Assembly (NCBI RefSeq): GCF_006345805.1
Contig: NC_043001.1
Location: forward strand, 81,716,001 to 81,780,000
Source: Octopus sinensis
Lineage: Eukaryota
Reading direction: 5' to 3'
DNA length: 64,000 bases
Below, piece after piece: positions 49,041 to 60,650 of the stretch; the first letter of the stretch is position 1; every line of letters begins with the position of its first letter. The notes under the pieces are model-generated. The model saw only the letters and a list, made by a program, of their open reading frames with translations. It was not told the DNA's origin and made no database searches. Both the position numbers and the translations under genes were made by a program.

Positions 49041-51398
49041 GAGAAACTGTAATACAGTGAAGTGACACACACACACACAAAAACACACATGCAATGGTAA
49101 TACTGGTGGAATACAATTCCACATGTGCTTGATACCCAATCATCCTTATTATACATGAAGAGCAACAGACCCAAGAACCAGTGGTACTGACTAAAGACTG
49201 AGAAACTAGTGCTTATAATTTCCCTTGTATGCTTTTTAAACCTCAGGAGACAACAGGGCTGATCTAACAGCCAAAATGCTGTACGACAAAGATTCATATT
49301 CTTTTTGGCTCTAGGCACAAGGCTCGAAATTTTGGGGGAGAGGGCCTGTTGATTAGATCAACACCAGTACGCAACTGGTATTTTAATTTATTGACTCTGA
49401 AAGGATGAAAGGCAAAGTCGAACTCGGCGGAATTTGAACTAAGAATGTAAAGACTGATGAAATACCTATTTCTCTACTGCCCACAAGGGGCTACACACAG
49501 AGGAGACAAACAATGACAAACAGATTAAGTCAATTATATCGACCCCAGTGCGTTACTGGTACTTATTTAATCGACCCCGAAAGGACGAAAGGCAAAATTG
49601 CTCATGGCGGAATTTGAACTCAGAACGTAAAGACAGACAAAATACCGCTAAGCATTTCACCCGGTGTGCTAATGTTTCTGCCAGCTCGCCGCCTCGATGA
49701 AGATTTGTATTAGTTCATTCAATTTCCTACAAATTGTCCGATCCATACCAGCATGGAAAACGGACATTAAATGAGGATGACGATGACAACAACAACGACG
49801 TCAAGATAAGGGACATAAATATATACACATACTTACATGGCATTCTACCATCACCACTCCCACCACCATCATTTAACGTCCAATTTCTCATGCTAGCATG
49901 GGTCAGGTGGAATTCTAAGAGGCAGATTTTCTATGGTTTGGTGCCCTTCCAGTCAGCAACCCTTCCCTGTTTCCAGGCAAGGCAATACTTGCCCCAAGAC
50001 CAGACACGTTTTTCAAGAAACACTCTACACCTTATCTCCACCATCTTTATTTCTCTTTCCAGCCATGCCCATCCACCCTTATATAATACAGGGTAGCCAT
50101 GTAACACTTGTTCCTGTCCCTCTATCATACATTAGCATCTCAACACCTGGCATAAAACCACCATCTCTCTTTCATAATCCCAATTGAGGGGACTTTTCCT
50201 TCATCTTACAAGTATTTGGTGACCTCACTAGTGCTGGTGCCACATAAAATGCACCCAGTACACTCAGTGAAGAGGTTGGTATTAGCATCCAGCTGTAAAA
50301 ACCATGGCAAAGCGGACACTGGAGCTTGATGAAGTGCTCTGGTTTGATGGATGTTAAATGATGATGATGCTCTTACTGATCATTCTGACTCTCCTAAAAG
50401 TGGTTAACCACGTTGCTCCACTACAAGAACCAGTTTGCCACTCCATCTTCCCATATTCTACACCCTCATCTCCTTATATAAATGCTGCCTCCCAACTCCC
50501 TACTTGAGTTTTGTAGTCATGTAGGCTGCATGGCAACCTCACAAGTGACAGTAGCACATATAAAATACACCCATCCAGGCCCATGCTTTAAAACATTTGG
50601 TGTCAGGGATGACAGCCAGCCATAGAAACCATGTCAAAGCAGAGACTAGAGCTCAATGAGATCCTTGGATCTATTTGATCGTGTCAAAACTGTCCAACCC
50701 TTGACAGCAATGCAACACAGACGTATGTTTTGATGGTTACAATACATACACATACCTGTGTGCCTGCACAAATATTTCTTTATTGCCCACAAGGGGCTAA
50801 ACATAGAGGGGACAAATAAGGACAGACAAACAGATTAAGTTGATTATATCGACCCCAGTGCGAAACTGGTACTTTATTTATCGACCCTGAAAGGATGAAA
50901 GGCAAAGTCACCTCAGTGGAATTTGAACTTAGAACGTAACGACAGATGAAATACTGCTAAGCATTTTGCCTGGCACACTAACATGTCTGCCAGCTCGCTG
51001 CCTTAACATAAATAAATATATTGCCTGCACATATATAAATATATCAACACAAAGACATACATATATAGATACACACATAGGTCAAAAATGAGGAATGTGT
51101 TGTTGCATTACAAGAATAATATTTTCAGAAGTCAAATATGTATAGCAATAAACAAACGGACAAAAAGACATACTAAATGCATTGGATGCACAAACAAACA
51201 GAAAACAAACAGGTCACAAATTCCTCACCAATTATTGGTCAGGGCATTGAGTGCAATTTGTGACCCATGTTTGTTTTCTGTTTGTCTGTGCCTCTGGTGC
51301 TACGTGGTTTACTTCTGAAAATAGATATGCACATAGTATGTTCCAATGAATAAAGTTAGCAATGGTTCTGGCCAAAGAAAGATGTATTGCTTGCCTAC

Positions 51399-51507
51399 CT
51401 TTCAACAAAGCTTTCAATTCCTTAGCAGCTCGTACCGTGGTGAACCGATTGACGATGTCAAGGGCTGTCTGGTCATAGGAGTTAGATTGGTTGACATCGG
51501 CACCACA
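51399..51507 (-). CDS. caskin: Caskin-like gene, coding exon B (last ankyrin repeat/linker): [36 protein letters not shown](E)
   Basis: Acceptor ccttgttttctgtattcacag|TGTGGT, donor TTGAAAG|gtaggc. 109 bp, phase 0 to 1, in frame with exon A. The QTALDIV.+FT motif matches recalled CASKIN. Not in the ORF track because it is short. Confidence 0.92.
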
Positions 51508-51723
51508 CTGTGAATACAGAAAACAAGGTAATTATTCAGCATTTTCTATTAGTATTCAATATTTAGTATCCAGCAGTACATTAGTGGACTGTCTTACTGA
51601 GTGGCATCTTGGACAAGTATCTTATCTACAGCCCCAAACCATTCACCGTCTTGTAAATTGAGTTGGTAGACAAAAACTAAAGGAAATTCATCAAAAATGT
51701 GTGTACACACACACACACACTAT

Positions 51724-51769
<46 letters not shown>

Positions 51770-52200
51770 CCTGAACAGGTGCACAGTGTACCATAGATCT
51801 GGTGCCAAAATGATCACAGCAATGTGTGATGAAGTATTTTGCTCAAGAACACAACGTACCACCCGGTCTAGGAATTGAAACCTTGCAATCATGAGTGCAA
51901 CACCCTAAACACTATCACTGTATCAACCAGGACCAGACTATTACCAATGGTCAAAAAGCACTTTCAATTTTATCTTGATTGGGCCTTCTCCATCTTGGCC
52001 AAAATTGCTTAACTAAATTGTCTTTTCATTACAGAGGCATTCTGGGTAGCCTTTTCCAATCTCTTCAATAACAGGAGGCAACTGCACAGGTCTACCTGTT
52101 TTCTGTGAAATCTCATGTGTCCAGCTCAGCAGAAGTTGTGCTTTTTGGCATTCTGCAATCATGGTGTTCCCTCACAGCATTCTCAAATACATATATGCAT

Positions 52201-52235
<35 letters not shown>

Positions 52236-52501
52236 GTAATCCTAGGATGTAATTATAAACATTTAATACATTGCTACACATGTTTCCACAAATCACATTA
52301 CTTTTAAGATCACAGTCCGTATTTCTGAGATGATTACAGTGTAGTCTGTAGTATTTGTGGACATCCAGTCGATCATCAGTGTAGTCCATAGTATCTGGAT
52401 GCCCATGGACAACACTATAATCATATAGTGAGATACAGTGAGAGAAAAAAAACAGAGATATAGTGAGAGGGAGAGAGAGTAAGAAAGAGAGAGGTACTCA
52501 C

Positions 52502-52610
52502 TTCAAGAAGTAGGCGAACAACATCGATTTTTCCAAAGAGTGCAGCAGCATGTAGACAAGTTCCCTGCAGGGTACAGCGGTTTATGTTAACACCATTTTG
52601 GATGAGAAGT
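52502..52610 (-). CDS. caskin: Caskin-like gene, coding exon A (ankyrin repeat): (A)[36 protein letters not shown]
   Basis: Minus strand: acceptor ttcaatttcag|ACTTCTC at 52612-52611, donor CTTGAA|gtgagt at 52501-52500. 109 bp, phase 2 in and phase 0 out. Ankyrin consensus (G+xIN..T..GT.LH.AA..GK.DVV.LLL). Resembles recalled vertebrate CASKIN [36 protein letters not shown]. Confidence 0.92.
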
Positions 52611-53300
52611 CTGAAATTGAAGAATACAACAAGGAACATAAGGAGATTGAATAGCAGACAACAGGTTTTGAGAACTGAAGGACTCAGAGATGTACATATA
52701 GAACATGATTTGGCATATGATAATGAAACTACGAAAGCAGGCCTTAGAGCGAATAGGGAGGCATGAGTCACTGAAGAGGTTGCAAACAGCAACAGAAGAA
52801 CTTTGATGGACAAACAACAAACCAAGTGATTGGTCAATCAACATGTTAAATCAGTGGTTCTCCACCCTTTTTTTTTTTATCTATGGACCTCTTTGAGCCC
52901 TGCTTTAAAAGGTTTAAAAACTAATTTTGTAGATACTTCTTTCAAAATCCTTATCTAAACCCTGCTGTTTTTCTAGATTGTGACAGATCCAGTCAGTTGG
53001 ATAATCACCACCATCATCATTTATCATCCATTTTCCATACTGGCATGGGTTGGATAGTTTGACTGGTCGGCCAAGGCACTGTCAAGACTCCACTTGTCTC
53101 TTGTGGCATGGTTTCTATGGCTGGATGCCCTTCCAAATGCCAACCCTTTTACAGTGTGCTGGATGCTTTTATGTGTCAATGGCACAGGTGCGTTTACACA
53201 GCACTGGCACAAGTGCATTTTAAGTGGCCCCAACACCTATAAAGGACAAGCCTGTATGTATGGATGGATGACAGCAACTTTATTTAGCTTGATGCATCTT

Positions 53301-53764
53301 GATAATGAAATTATTGTATACAGTGCTCAGGTGCACCACAACTTGTCAAAAGTGCATATAAAGCATATGCAGTAATGTACAAATGTCTGGAAAGTGAACA
53401 GTGTATGAGTCAGATACATGCTTGGATGTATATGGAGGGGAGAAAATCAGGTGTAGTGTTGGCGAATCTCAGGAAGCATGGAAGTTTTGAAGGATGCAGT
53501 GCTCCGACAACTAACAACTGATGCCGGCAGTTTGTTCCATACTTCAGCAACTCTTAGCGTGAAAAAATGTTTCCGAAAGTCATGGGAGCTGTGCTGTTTT
53601 CTGACTTTGTAAACATGTCCACGGGTGTTAGACAGGTGGAGTTTGAAAAGGTGCTCAGAGTTATTGTTTGTAAGATGGTTAATAATTTTATGGGTGTCTG
53701 CCAAGTCAGCTGCCAGATGTTGGAGTTTCAATGTTTCCATGCCCAGGGAACTCAAGTACAACAA
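53301..53764 (-). mobile_element. CR1/L2-clade LINE 3' remnant (RT C-terminal region plus 3' UTR)
   Basis: ORF 53447..53764 LETLKLQHLAADL..HKII..L....TRGHVYKVRKQHSSHDFRKHFFTLRVAEVWNKLPASVV is typical of CR1-type ORF2 ends. Ends caataatttcattatc. Confidence 0.8.
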
Positions 53765-54010
53765 ATCACCACAATTCCTGATTCTTTGTCATTTCCTCAA
53801 TGTGGCCCAGCATTTGAAGATGCTTTCTCACCACTTCATCCTACGTCTCCCTGGGTCTACTTCTTCCATAGGTTCCAGCCACATTTAGAGCTTGGTAGTT
53901 TTTTTATTCAGAGGTACCAAGTAACCCAAGTGGAAGGAAACTGCAGAAGGCTAAGACAACGGAAGACATGGGAGGAAGAAGTGAGGCTGAACCCCAGGCA
54001 GGGGAGATAA
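53765..54010. mobile_element. Two opposite-strand RTE ORF2 C-terminal fragments
   Basis: Minus about 53765-53885: VAGTYGRSRPRET*DEVVRKHLQMLG. Plus about 53920-54010: QVEGNCRRLRQRKTWEEEVR. Confidence 0.6.
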
Positions 54011-54399
54011 CACTGAACTGTAACAACTGGTTAGCGGCTGTGCTGAGGAAAGACTCACCTAACCCATGCCAGCATGAAAAAATTGACATAAACAAGGATT
54101 ATTGAGAGGAGACACCAAAACTAATTTTAAGCAGAGAAATGTTTGTAGAGATTGAAGGATGGAGGCGGGTTCTTGCAGCTTGCAGACAAATCATATGAGG
54201 TTATATCTATTCCTACATGAAATATATATACACACACAGAGATAATAACACACAATACACACACACACACATATATATATACATAGGTCAGCAAATCATT
54301 AGACATTATGGAGGATGTGTCCCATAAATATTTAAACTGCTACAGTCAATTGATATTATATCATTGCAGTATGTGGAAATGTCATTGGTCAGTGTGGGG

Positions 54400-54860
54400 G
54401 GTGGAAGGGGAACAGTAGTGAGGGGAGAGATGTTCAAAGAAGTTATAATACAGAGATAGCGATGAGAGTAGATTGAGTGAAAGGTGGAGTGAGTGTTTCA
54501 AGTGAGTGAGAGTCGAGTGACAGATGGTGCAGGGAAAGTGACATGAGAGATGAGAAAAGGCAGTGTGGAAGATGAGTGACGTTAGTTGTAGTGAGGGACA
54601 AGCGAAGGTGGAGTGAGGGATGAGTGAAGGTACGAGTGAAGGCAGAGCGGGGGGGATGAGTGAAGGTGGAGTGGAGAATGAGCAAAAGTGGAGTGGAAAA
54701 TGAGCAAAAGTGGAGTGGAGGATAAGCAAAAGTAGAGTGCAGGACAAGTAAAGGCAGAATGGAGGACAAACAACAGTGGAGTGGGGGATAAGCAAATGTG
54801 GAGTAGGAAGGTGAGCAGACGAGAAGTGAGGGATGAGTGAAGGTGGAGTAAGAGATAATA
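54400..54860. repeat. Degenerate purine-rich ~22-25-bp minisatellite (gtggagtg..gatgagcaaaa/gaag)
   Basis: Recurring gaaggtggagtg and gtggagtggagaatgagcaaaa units. Confidence 0.75.
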
Positions 54861-54863
54861 CAG

Positions 54864-55091
54864 CTAACCCTTCAGCATTCTGATTATTCTGTGAAATATA
54901 ATGCTTATTTATCCACATTTGTTTTGAATTAATCATTACTTATCTCATAACTGAGATTTTGATGGTGCTATGGTTTACTTTCAGAATAACATTGTGGGGT
55001 AGGTGTGAGATGCTGGTCCTGGCCAGTTTGAACATGAAACAGGTTGAATATTTGGGCCACATATGGCCGATTTAAATGCTAAAGGCTGTAA
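54864..55091. mobile_element. TTAA-type MITE (aaccctttagcatt...aatgctaaagggtt)
   Basis: Same family at about 41870-42105, 44245-44980 (interrupted) and 63030-63470 (interrupted by a family C repeat). Confidence 0.7.
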
Positions 55092-55121
55092 ACAACTAAT
55101 GGACAGAGCTCATTCAAATAA

Positions 55122-56126
55122 GGTAGACTGTATGTTGCATGCGTGCGAACAGCCATGCTACATGGCAGTGAAACATGGGCTGTGACTGCTGAGGACATGT
55201 GTCAGCTTGCAAGCAATGAAGCTAGTATGCTCTGTTGGATGTGTAATGTTAGTGCGCATACACGACAGAATGTAAGCACCCTGAGAGAGAAGTTGGACAT
55301 AAGAAGCATCAGATGTGGTGCGCAAGAGAGACAACTGTTGGTTTGTTCATGTGTTGTGTATGGAGGAGGACAGCTGTGTGAAAAAGTGTCACACCCTAGC
55401 AGTAGAGGAAACCTGTGGAAGAGGTAGACCCAGAAAGACATGGGATGAGGTGGTCAAGTACGACCTTTGAATGTTGGGCCTCACAGAGGCGATGACAAGT
55501 GACGAAGACCTTTGGGGATACGCTGTGCTTGAGAAGATCCAGCAAGCCAAGCGAGACTGTAACCTTGGCCTATGCCAGTGCAGCATAACCGGCCCATTCA
55601 AGAGTACCCTTCAATCATTGGGCAATAATCTGCGCTTGCAAAGACCTGTTGAGTCAAGAGAAGTCATTGTTGTGTCAATGCCAGTGCCACCTGACTCATC
55701 CCATGCCGGTGGAACATAAAAAACACCATTCAAGCGTGGTCATTGCCAATGCTGCGGGCCGGCTTTCACGCCGGTGGCATATAAAAACTACCATTCGAGT
55801 GTGGCTGATGCCTGTGGCACATAAAAAGCACCATTTGAGTGTGGTCACTGCCAGTGCCATCTGACTGGCTCCCATGCCAGTGGCACGTAAAAGTACTATT
55901 CAAGTGTGGTTGCTGCCAGTACCACCTGACTGGCCCTGGTGCTGGTGGCACGTAAAAAGTACCCACTACACTCTCGGAGTGGCTGGCGTTAGGAAGGGCA
56001 TCCAGCTGTAGAAACTTTGCCAGATCAGATTGGAGCTTGGTGCAGCCTTCTGGCTTGCTAGCCCTCAATCAAACTGTCCAACCCATTCTAGCATGGGAAG
56101 CGGACTTTAAACAACAATGATGATGA
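55122..56126 (+). mobile_element. 5'-truncated RTE-clade LINE: ORF2 C-terminus, 3' UTR and (GAT)n tail
   Basis: GRLYVACVRTAMLHGSETWAVTAEDMCQLASNEASMLCWMCNVS...LREKLDIRSIRCGAQERQL (ORF 55143..55427), then VEETCGRGRPRKTWDEVV-like sequence, then the family C 3' UTR. Confidence 0.85.
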
Positions 56127-56168
56127 GATATATATATAGACAGATGTATACACACATTTACTTATACA

Positions 56169-56258
<90 letters not shown>

Positions 56259-57600
56259 CATATATACACATATATTTACAAACATACATATAGATAAATA
56301 GACAAACATACATATGGAGACAGAGAGAGAACTGCATATTTTAATGCTAAAATTATATGCTTTACTGATGACAGTTGTGAATACATCTGGTCAGGTGACA
56401 GAGCACGAAAAACAACCAGCTTGAAGTACAAGGAATACTAGGCACATACATGGTCGGTTGACCTAGAATGAGCTGATGTGGAAGAGAAAGAAGGACCAAA
56501 ATTCCTGATCGCCCAAGTTTTCTAAAATTACGTATTATTGTGTTTTAGGTGGAGCAAATTTACAGAAGAATTTATTATGTTGAAGTTGTTTTGACTTCAC
56601 ATTCCTTTGAAAACCATAGACAAATAAAATTTATCAGGGTGGCACTAAAAATAGTACATGATTGTATGGTTTGATTGTGTGTTTTTACAGAGGAAATTTT
56701 GTGAAGATATTTCATTTATAAACATTAAATTTAATTAAATTGGATACATTATAAACACAAATCAAAGATAGAAAGGAAAAACAATGCGTGCAGAGACTGC
56801 CCAGGAATTTTATCAATGTGATGCTTTTGGCATTGTTAGAAGAATTTTATTAATTCAAAAATCACTAACAGGCTGTTTGTGTATATATAAACCTATTGCT
56901 GTTTATTTTTACATAAACAAAATCTCTTCACATAAACATCAGCGTTATCCATTCTAAGCACCGCAAAGAAAATTTCCTTCTTCTAAACTTCATAGAATTC
57001 TCAGTTTCAAGTCTGCTCAAATTCAATGTCAACTTTAGTTCTCCTGTATTCCTCTGATAAAGTTCAAATCATTCTGATGATGTTTGTCACATGGAACGAG
57101 ATAAACGCAAGTTTGTCTCAAAAATAACAAACTGAAACAGCTGTAAATGCTATTTTAAACTATAATTAAACTATGACCATTCAATATCAATGAACACCTT
57201 CTAATCGTTAATTGTTGCTCCATTTCTCCTCTTATCTGAATATATTAAACCATGGTTTACCATTTAAATTATCAACTACTGCTAACCTTATAGCAAGGCC
57301 TATACATAGTTAGGTAATATACCAGTAGTGCCTACGGATCCATTTATCCCTGACAGTTGCATAACCTCAAACTCATAATTTTTCTATATATACAAGGGGA
57401 TTAAGGGTTAGGGTTAGAGGTGGGGAGGACAAACACAGACACAAAGACACCCATACATGACTGGCTCTTGTCACACTGGTTCCATTTACCAAATTCACTC
57501 ACAAGACAGAAGACACTAGGTCAAAGCACCATGCAATGGGACTGAACCTAGAGTCATGTGGTTCAGACACTTTTACCACACTTTTACCACACACATTATT

Positions 57601-57631
<31 letters not shown>

Positions 57632-58007
57632 GCCAGTGAGTCAACTGGCACCTGTGCTGGTGGCACGTAAAAAGCACCATCCGAATGTGGTCAATGCCAT
57701 TACTCCCGACATGCCGGTGGTATGTAAAAAGCACCATGTGAACGTGGTCAATGCCAGTGCTGCCTGACTGGCCCCCCGTGTCGGTGGCCCACAAAAAGCA
57801 CTTAAAGTGGTTGGTGTTAGCAAGGGCATTCAGCTGTAGAAACTTTGCCAGATCAGACTGGAGCCTGGTGCAGCCTGCTGGCTTGCCAATCCTCAGTCAA
57901 ACTGTCCAGCCCATGCCAGTGTGGAAAGTGGATGTTAAACAATGATGATGATGACGATATATACACATGTGTATTATATATATTATATGTGTGTGTGTGT
58001 AACTTAT

Positions 58008-58387
58008 GTGGCAGTGTGGTAAGTAGCTTGCTTACCAACCACAAGGTTTCGGGTTCAGTCCCACTGCATGGCACCTTCTACTATAGCCTCAGGCCGACCA
58101 AAGCCTTGTGAGTGGATTTGGTAGACGGAAACTGAAAGAAGTCCATCGTATATATGTGTATGTGTGTGTATATGTTGTGTATCTGTGTTTGACCCCACCC
58201 CCAACATCACTTGACAGCCGACGTTGGTGTGTTTCAGTCCCCGTATCTTAGCGGTTCGGCAAAAGAGACCGATAGAATAAGTACTAGGCTTACAAAGAAT
58301 AAGTCCTGTGGTCGATTTGATTCGACTAAAGGTGGTGCTCCAGCATGGCCGCAGTCAAATGACTGAAACAAAAGAGTAAAAAGAGAG
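58008..58387 (+). mobile_element. SINE family A, full length
   Basis: gtggcagtgtggtaagtagcttgcttaccaaccac...gcatggccgcagtcaaatgactgaaacaaaagagtaaaaagag. Confidence 0.8.
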
Positions 58388-59334
58388 TATACTCACGCAC
58401 ACACACATCTATATAAGGTGTGACCCTTGGCCTTGCCAGTTCTTGTCAAACCGACCAACCCACGCCAGCATGGAAAATGATGTTTAATACCACTGCTGCT
58501 GCTAACACACCACACACACACAAATACATTTATATATATCTATATACACCTCACACATGTATATCCACACACACATGAATTCTGAGAAAACTGGTTACCT
58601 AAACAAAAACATTAAAAAAAAATTTTGTTCTCCTAGGTGTGCCAATGTATTATCATAAGCATATATAATACACACACACACAGATATCCACCCTGATCTG
58701 ATAATATATGCAATTCTACACCCATTATACACATATCTACATACACAACAAAACACAGGTGTGTGACTATAAATGAATAAAGGCGATTATAAACGCATCT
58801 CCAATTAAAGTGCTCTAGTAACTTTAAGCAACCATAGCTTTATACACACTCCTCAAATACCTATGTTTGTGCTGTTGTTGTTTTTGTTGTTCTCATTTAG
58901 ACCCAGGTTAATGTTGGCTGAGAAGTTCTATAATGAAAGGCATTCCAGCCATGACCATCGTGTCTATTTTGCTTTTTGTTCTACCCCAACCCCTGCACCT
59001 ATGTTCAAGGGAGCAAGGATCACAATGTCCAACAAGTTCCTTTTGTGAGGCGGTAAGGTAAGATTTGAGGGTAGATTTGGCTGTTATTTCTAGCGAGGCA
59101 AGCGACTACATAGAGGTTTCCTCGCTTTAGCTTGTGTGTGGGTGTGTGTGTGTATGTGAATGTAAAGAGGCAATTATCAGCAGTTGTTATTGTTATTAAT
59201 GTTTCTTTTATGATGTGCAGGTGTTAAGAAATCAGTACCCCTCACCTCTTCCACTCTTCCCCCTCTCTCTCTCTAATATATTCCATAGTAAGATTTATTC
59301 ATTTGGGAATAAAATTTTCTAAGAAACAACTGGA

Positions 59335-59381
<47 letters not shown>

Positions 59382-60499
59382 TGATGGTTTGAAATTTTGC
59401 CACAAGGGCAGCAATTTTGTGGGGCAGGGATAAGTCGATATTACATCAATATCAGTGTTTTACTGGTACTTAATTTCTTGACCCCAAAAGGATGAAAGGC
59501 AAAGTTGATCTCAGCAGAATTTGAACTCTGTAGCGACAGACGAAGTACCACTAAGTATTTTGCCTGGCCACGATTCTGTCAGCTCGCCACTCTAATAATA
59601 ACAGCTCACCACCCTAATAATAATAACAACAATGATGATCATGATGATGCAATACAAGACAATGGCTGATGCAATACAAGGCAATGGTTCTCATGGCTTC
59701 TGACCTTCACTGATTGTTATTGATAACATGTGCATGTTTTTGTCTTGGTGTAAAAGTTGGGCTACAGCAAATACCACAGATTTGCTTGTCAGTTGTTTGA
59801 CCATAACTAGTTGAGATTGAGCATGTCCCTTAGTGGATGACGATATGTGCATGTCTGATCACAAGCAAGAGTAGTCGAGGAGAGATTCATTGGGATTTGA
59901 ATAATTCACCCTTGGAAACATGGGTGTTTCATCATCATCCTTAAACAACCCTTTTGAACAGGACAGGCTACTTGATCTAAAGAAAGTTCTAATTGGGCTC
60001 CACTTGCAAGACCAATAGATAGTCATGATGGGTATACTGGGCTTCATATATTTGTACCTCAGTGCCACTTTGGTGGCATGTGCCGCTCTCTCACTCAATA
60101 ATAATAATGCTTTCAAATTTTGCCACAAGGGCTGCTTCTTGGAGAAGGGGATGAGTCAATTACATTGACCCCAGTATTCAACTGGTACTTATTTTATCGA
60201 CCTCAAAAGGATGTAAGTCAAAGTCAACTTCAGTGGTATTTTAACTCAGAATGTAAAAAGCAGGAAGATTTAGCATACAAAACAAATATGAGTGTCCCAG
60301 CCAATAGCTTCAATCAACTTTTGATTGGAAGACCTTCTGCAAACCAAATTCTTCAAACTTACATATTTTTCAGCATCTTTTCCAGTCAAATCTCAAAGTC
60401 TTCCACATACTCTGAGTAAAATCTCTTTACCTGACTGACTCTGATGTTCAATGCAATGTTCATCCATCTACTATGCAATCAGTACAACATTCTTGTTCA

Positions 60500-60650
60500 G
60501 TACATTCAGCATTATTCATCATCATCATTGTCATCATTGGCATCATCATCACTATCATCATAATTGTCATCATCATCATCATTATCATTATCATCATCGG
60601 CATCATCATCACTATCATCATAATTGTCATCATCATCATCATTATCAAAC
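60500..60650. repeat. (CAT)n tract with a 60-bp-period duplication
   Basis: catcatcatcactatcatcataattgtcatcatcatcatcattatca at 60541 and 60601. Confidence 0.9.

Noticed and set aside
57141-57230. Minus-strand NGH codons, a candidate for the missing upstream ankyrin exon
   Set aside because: The frame reads RRCSLILNGHSLIIV* with no LHLAA motif and no phase-2 GT donor. The upstream exon is probably beyond 64000.
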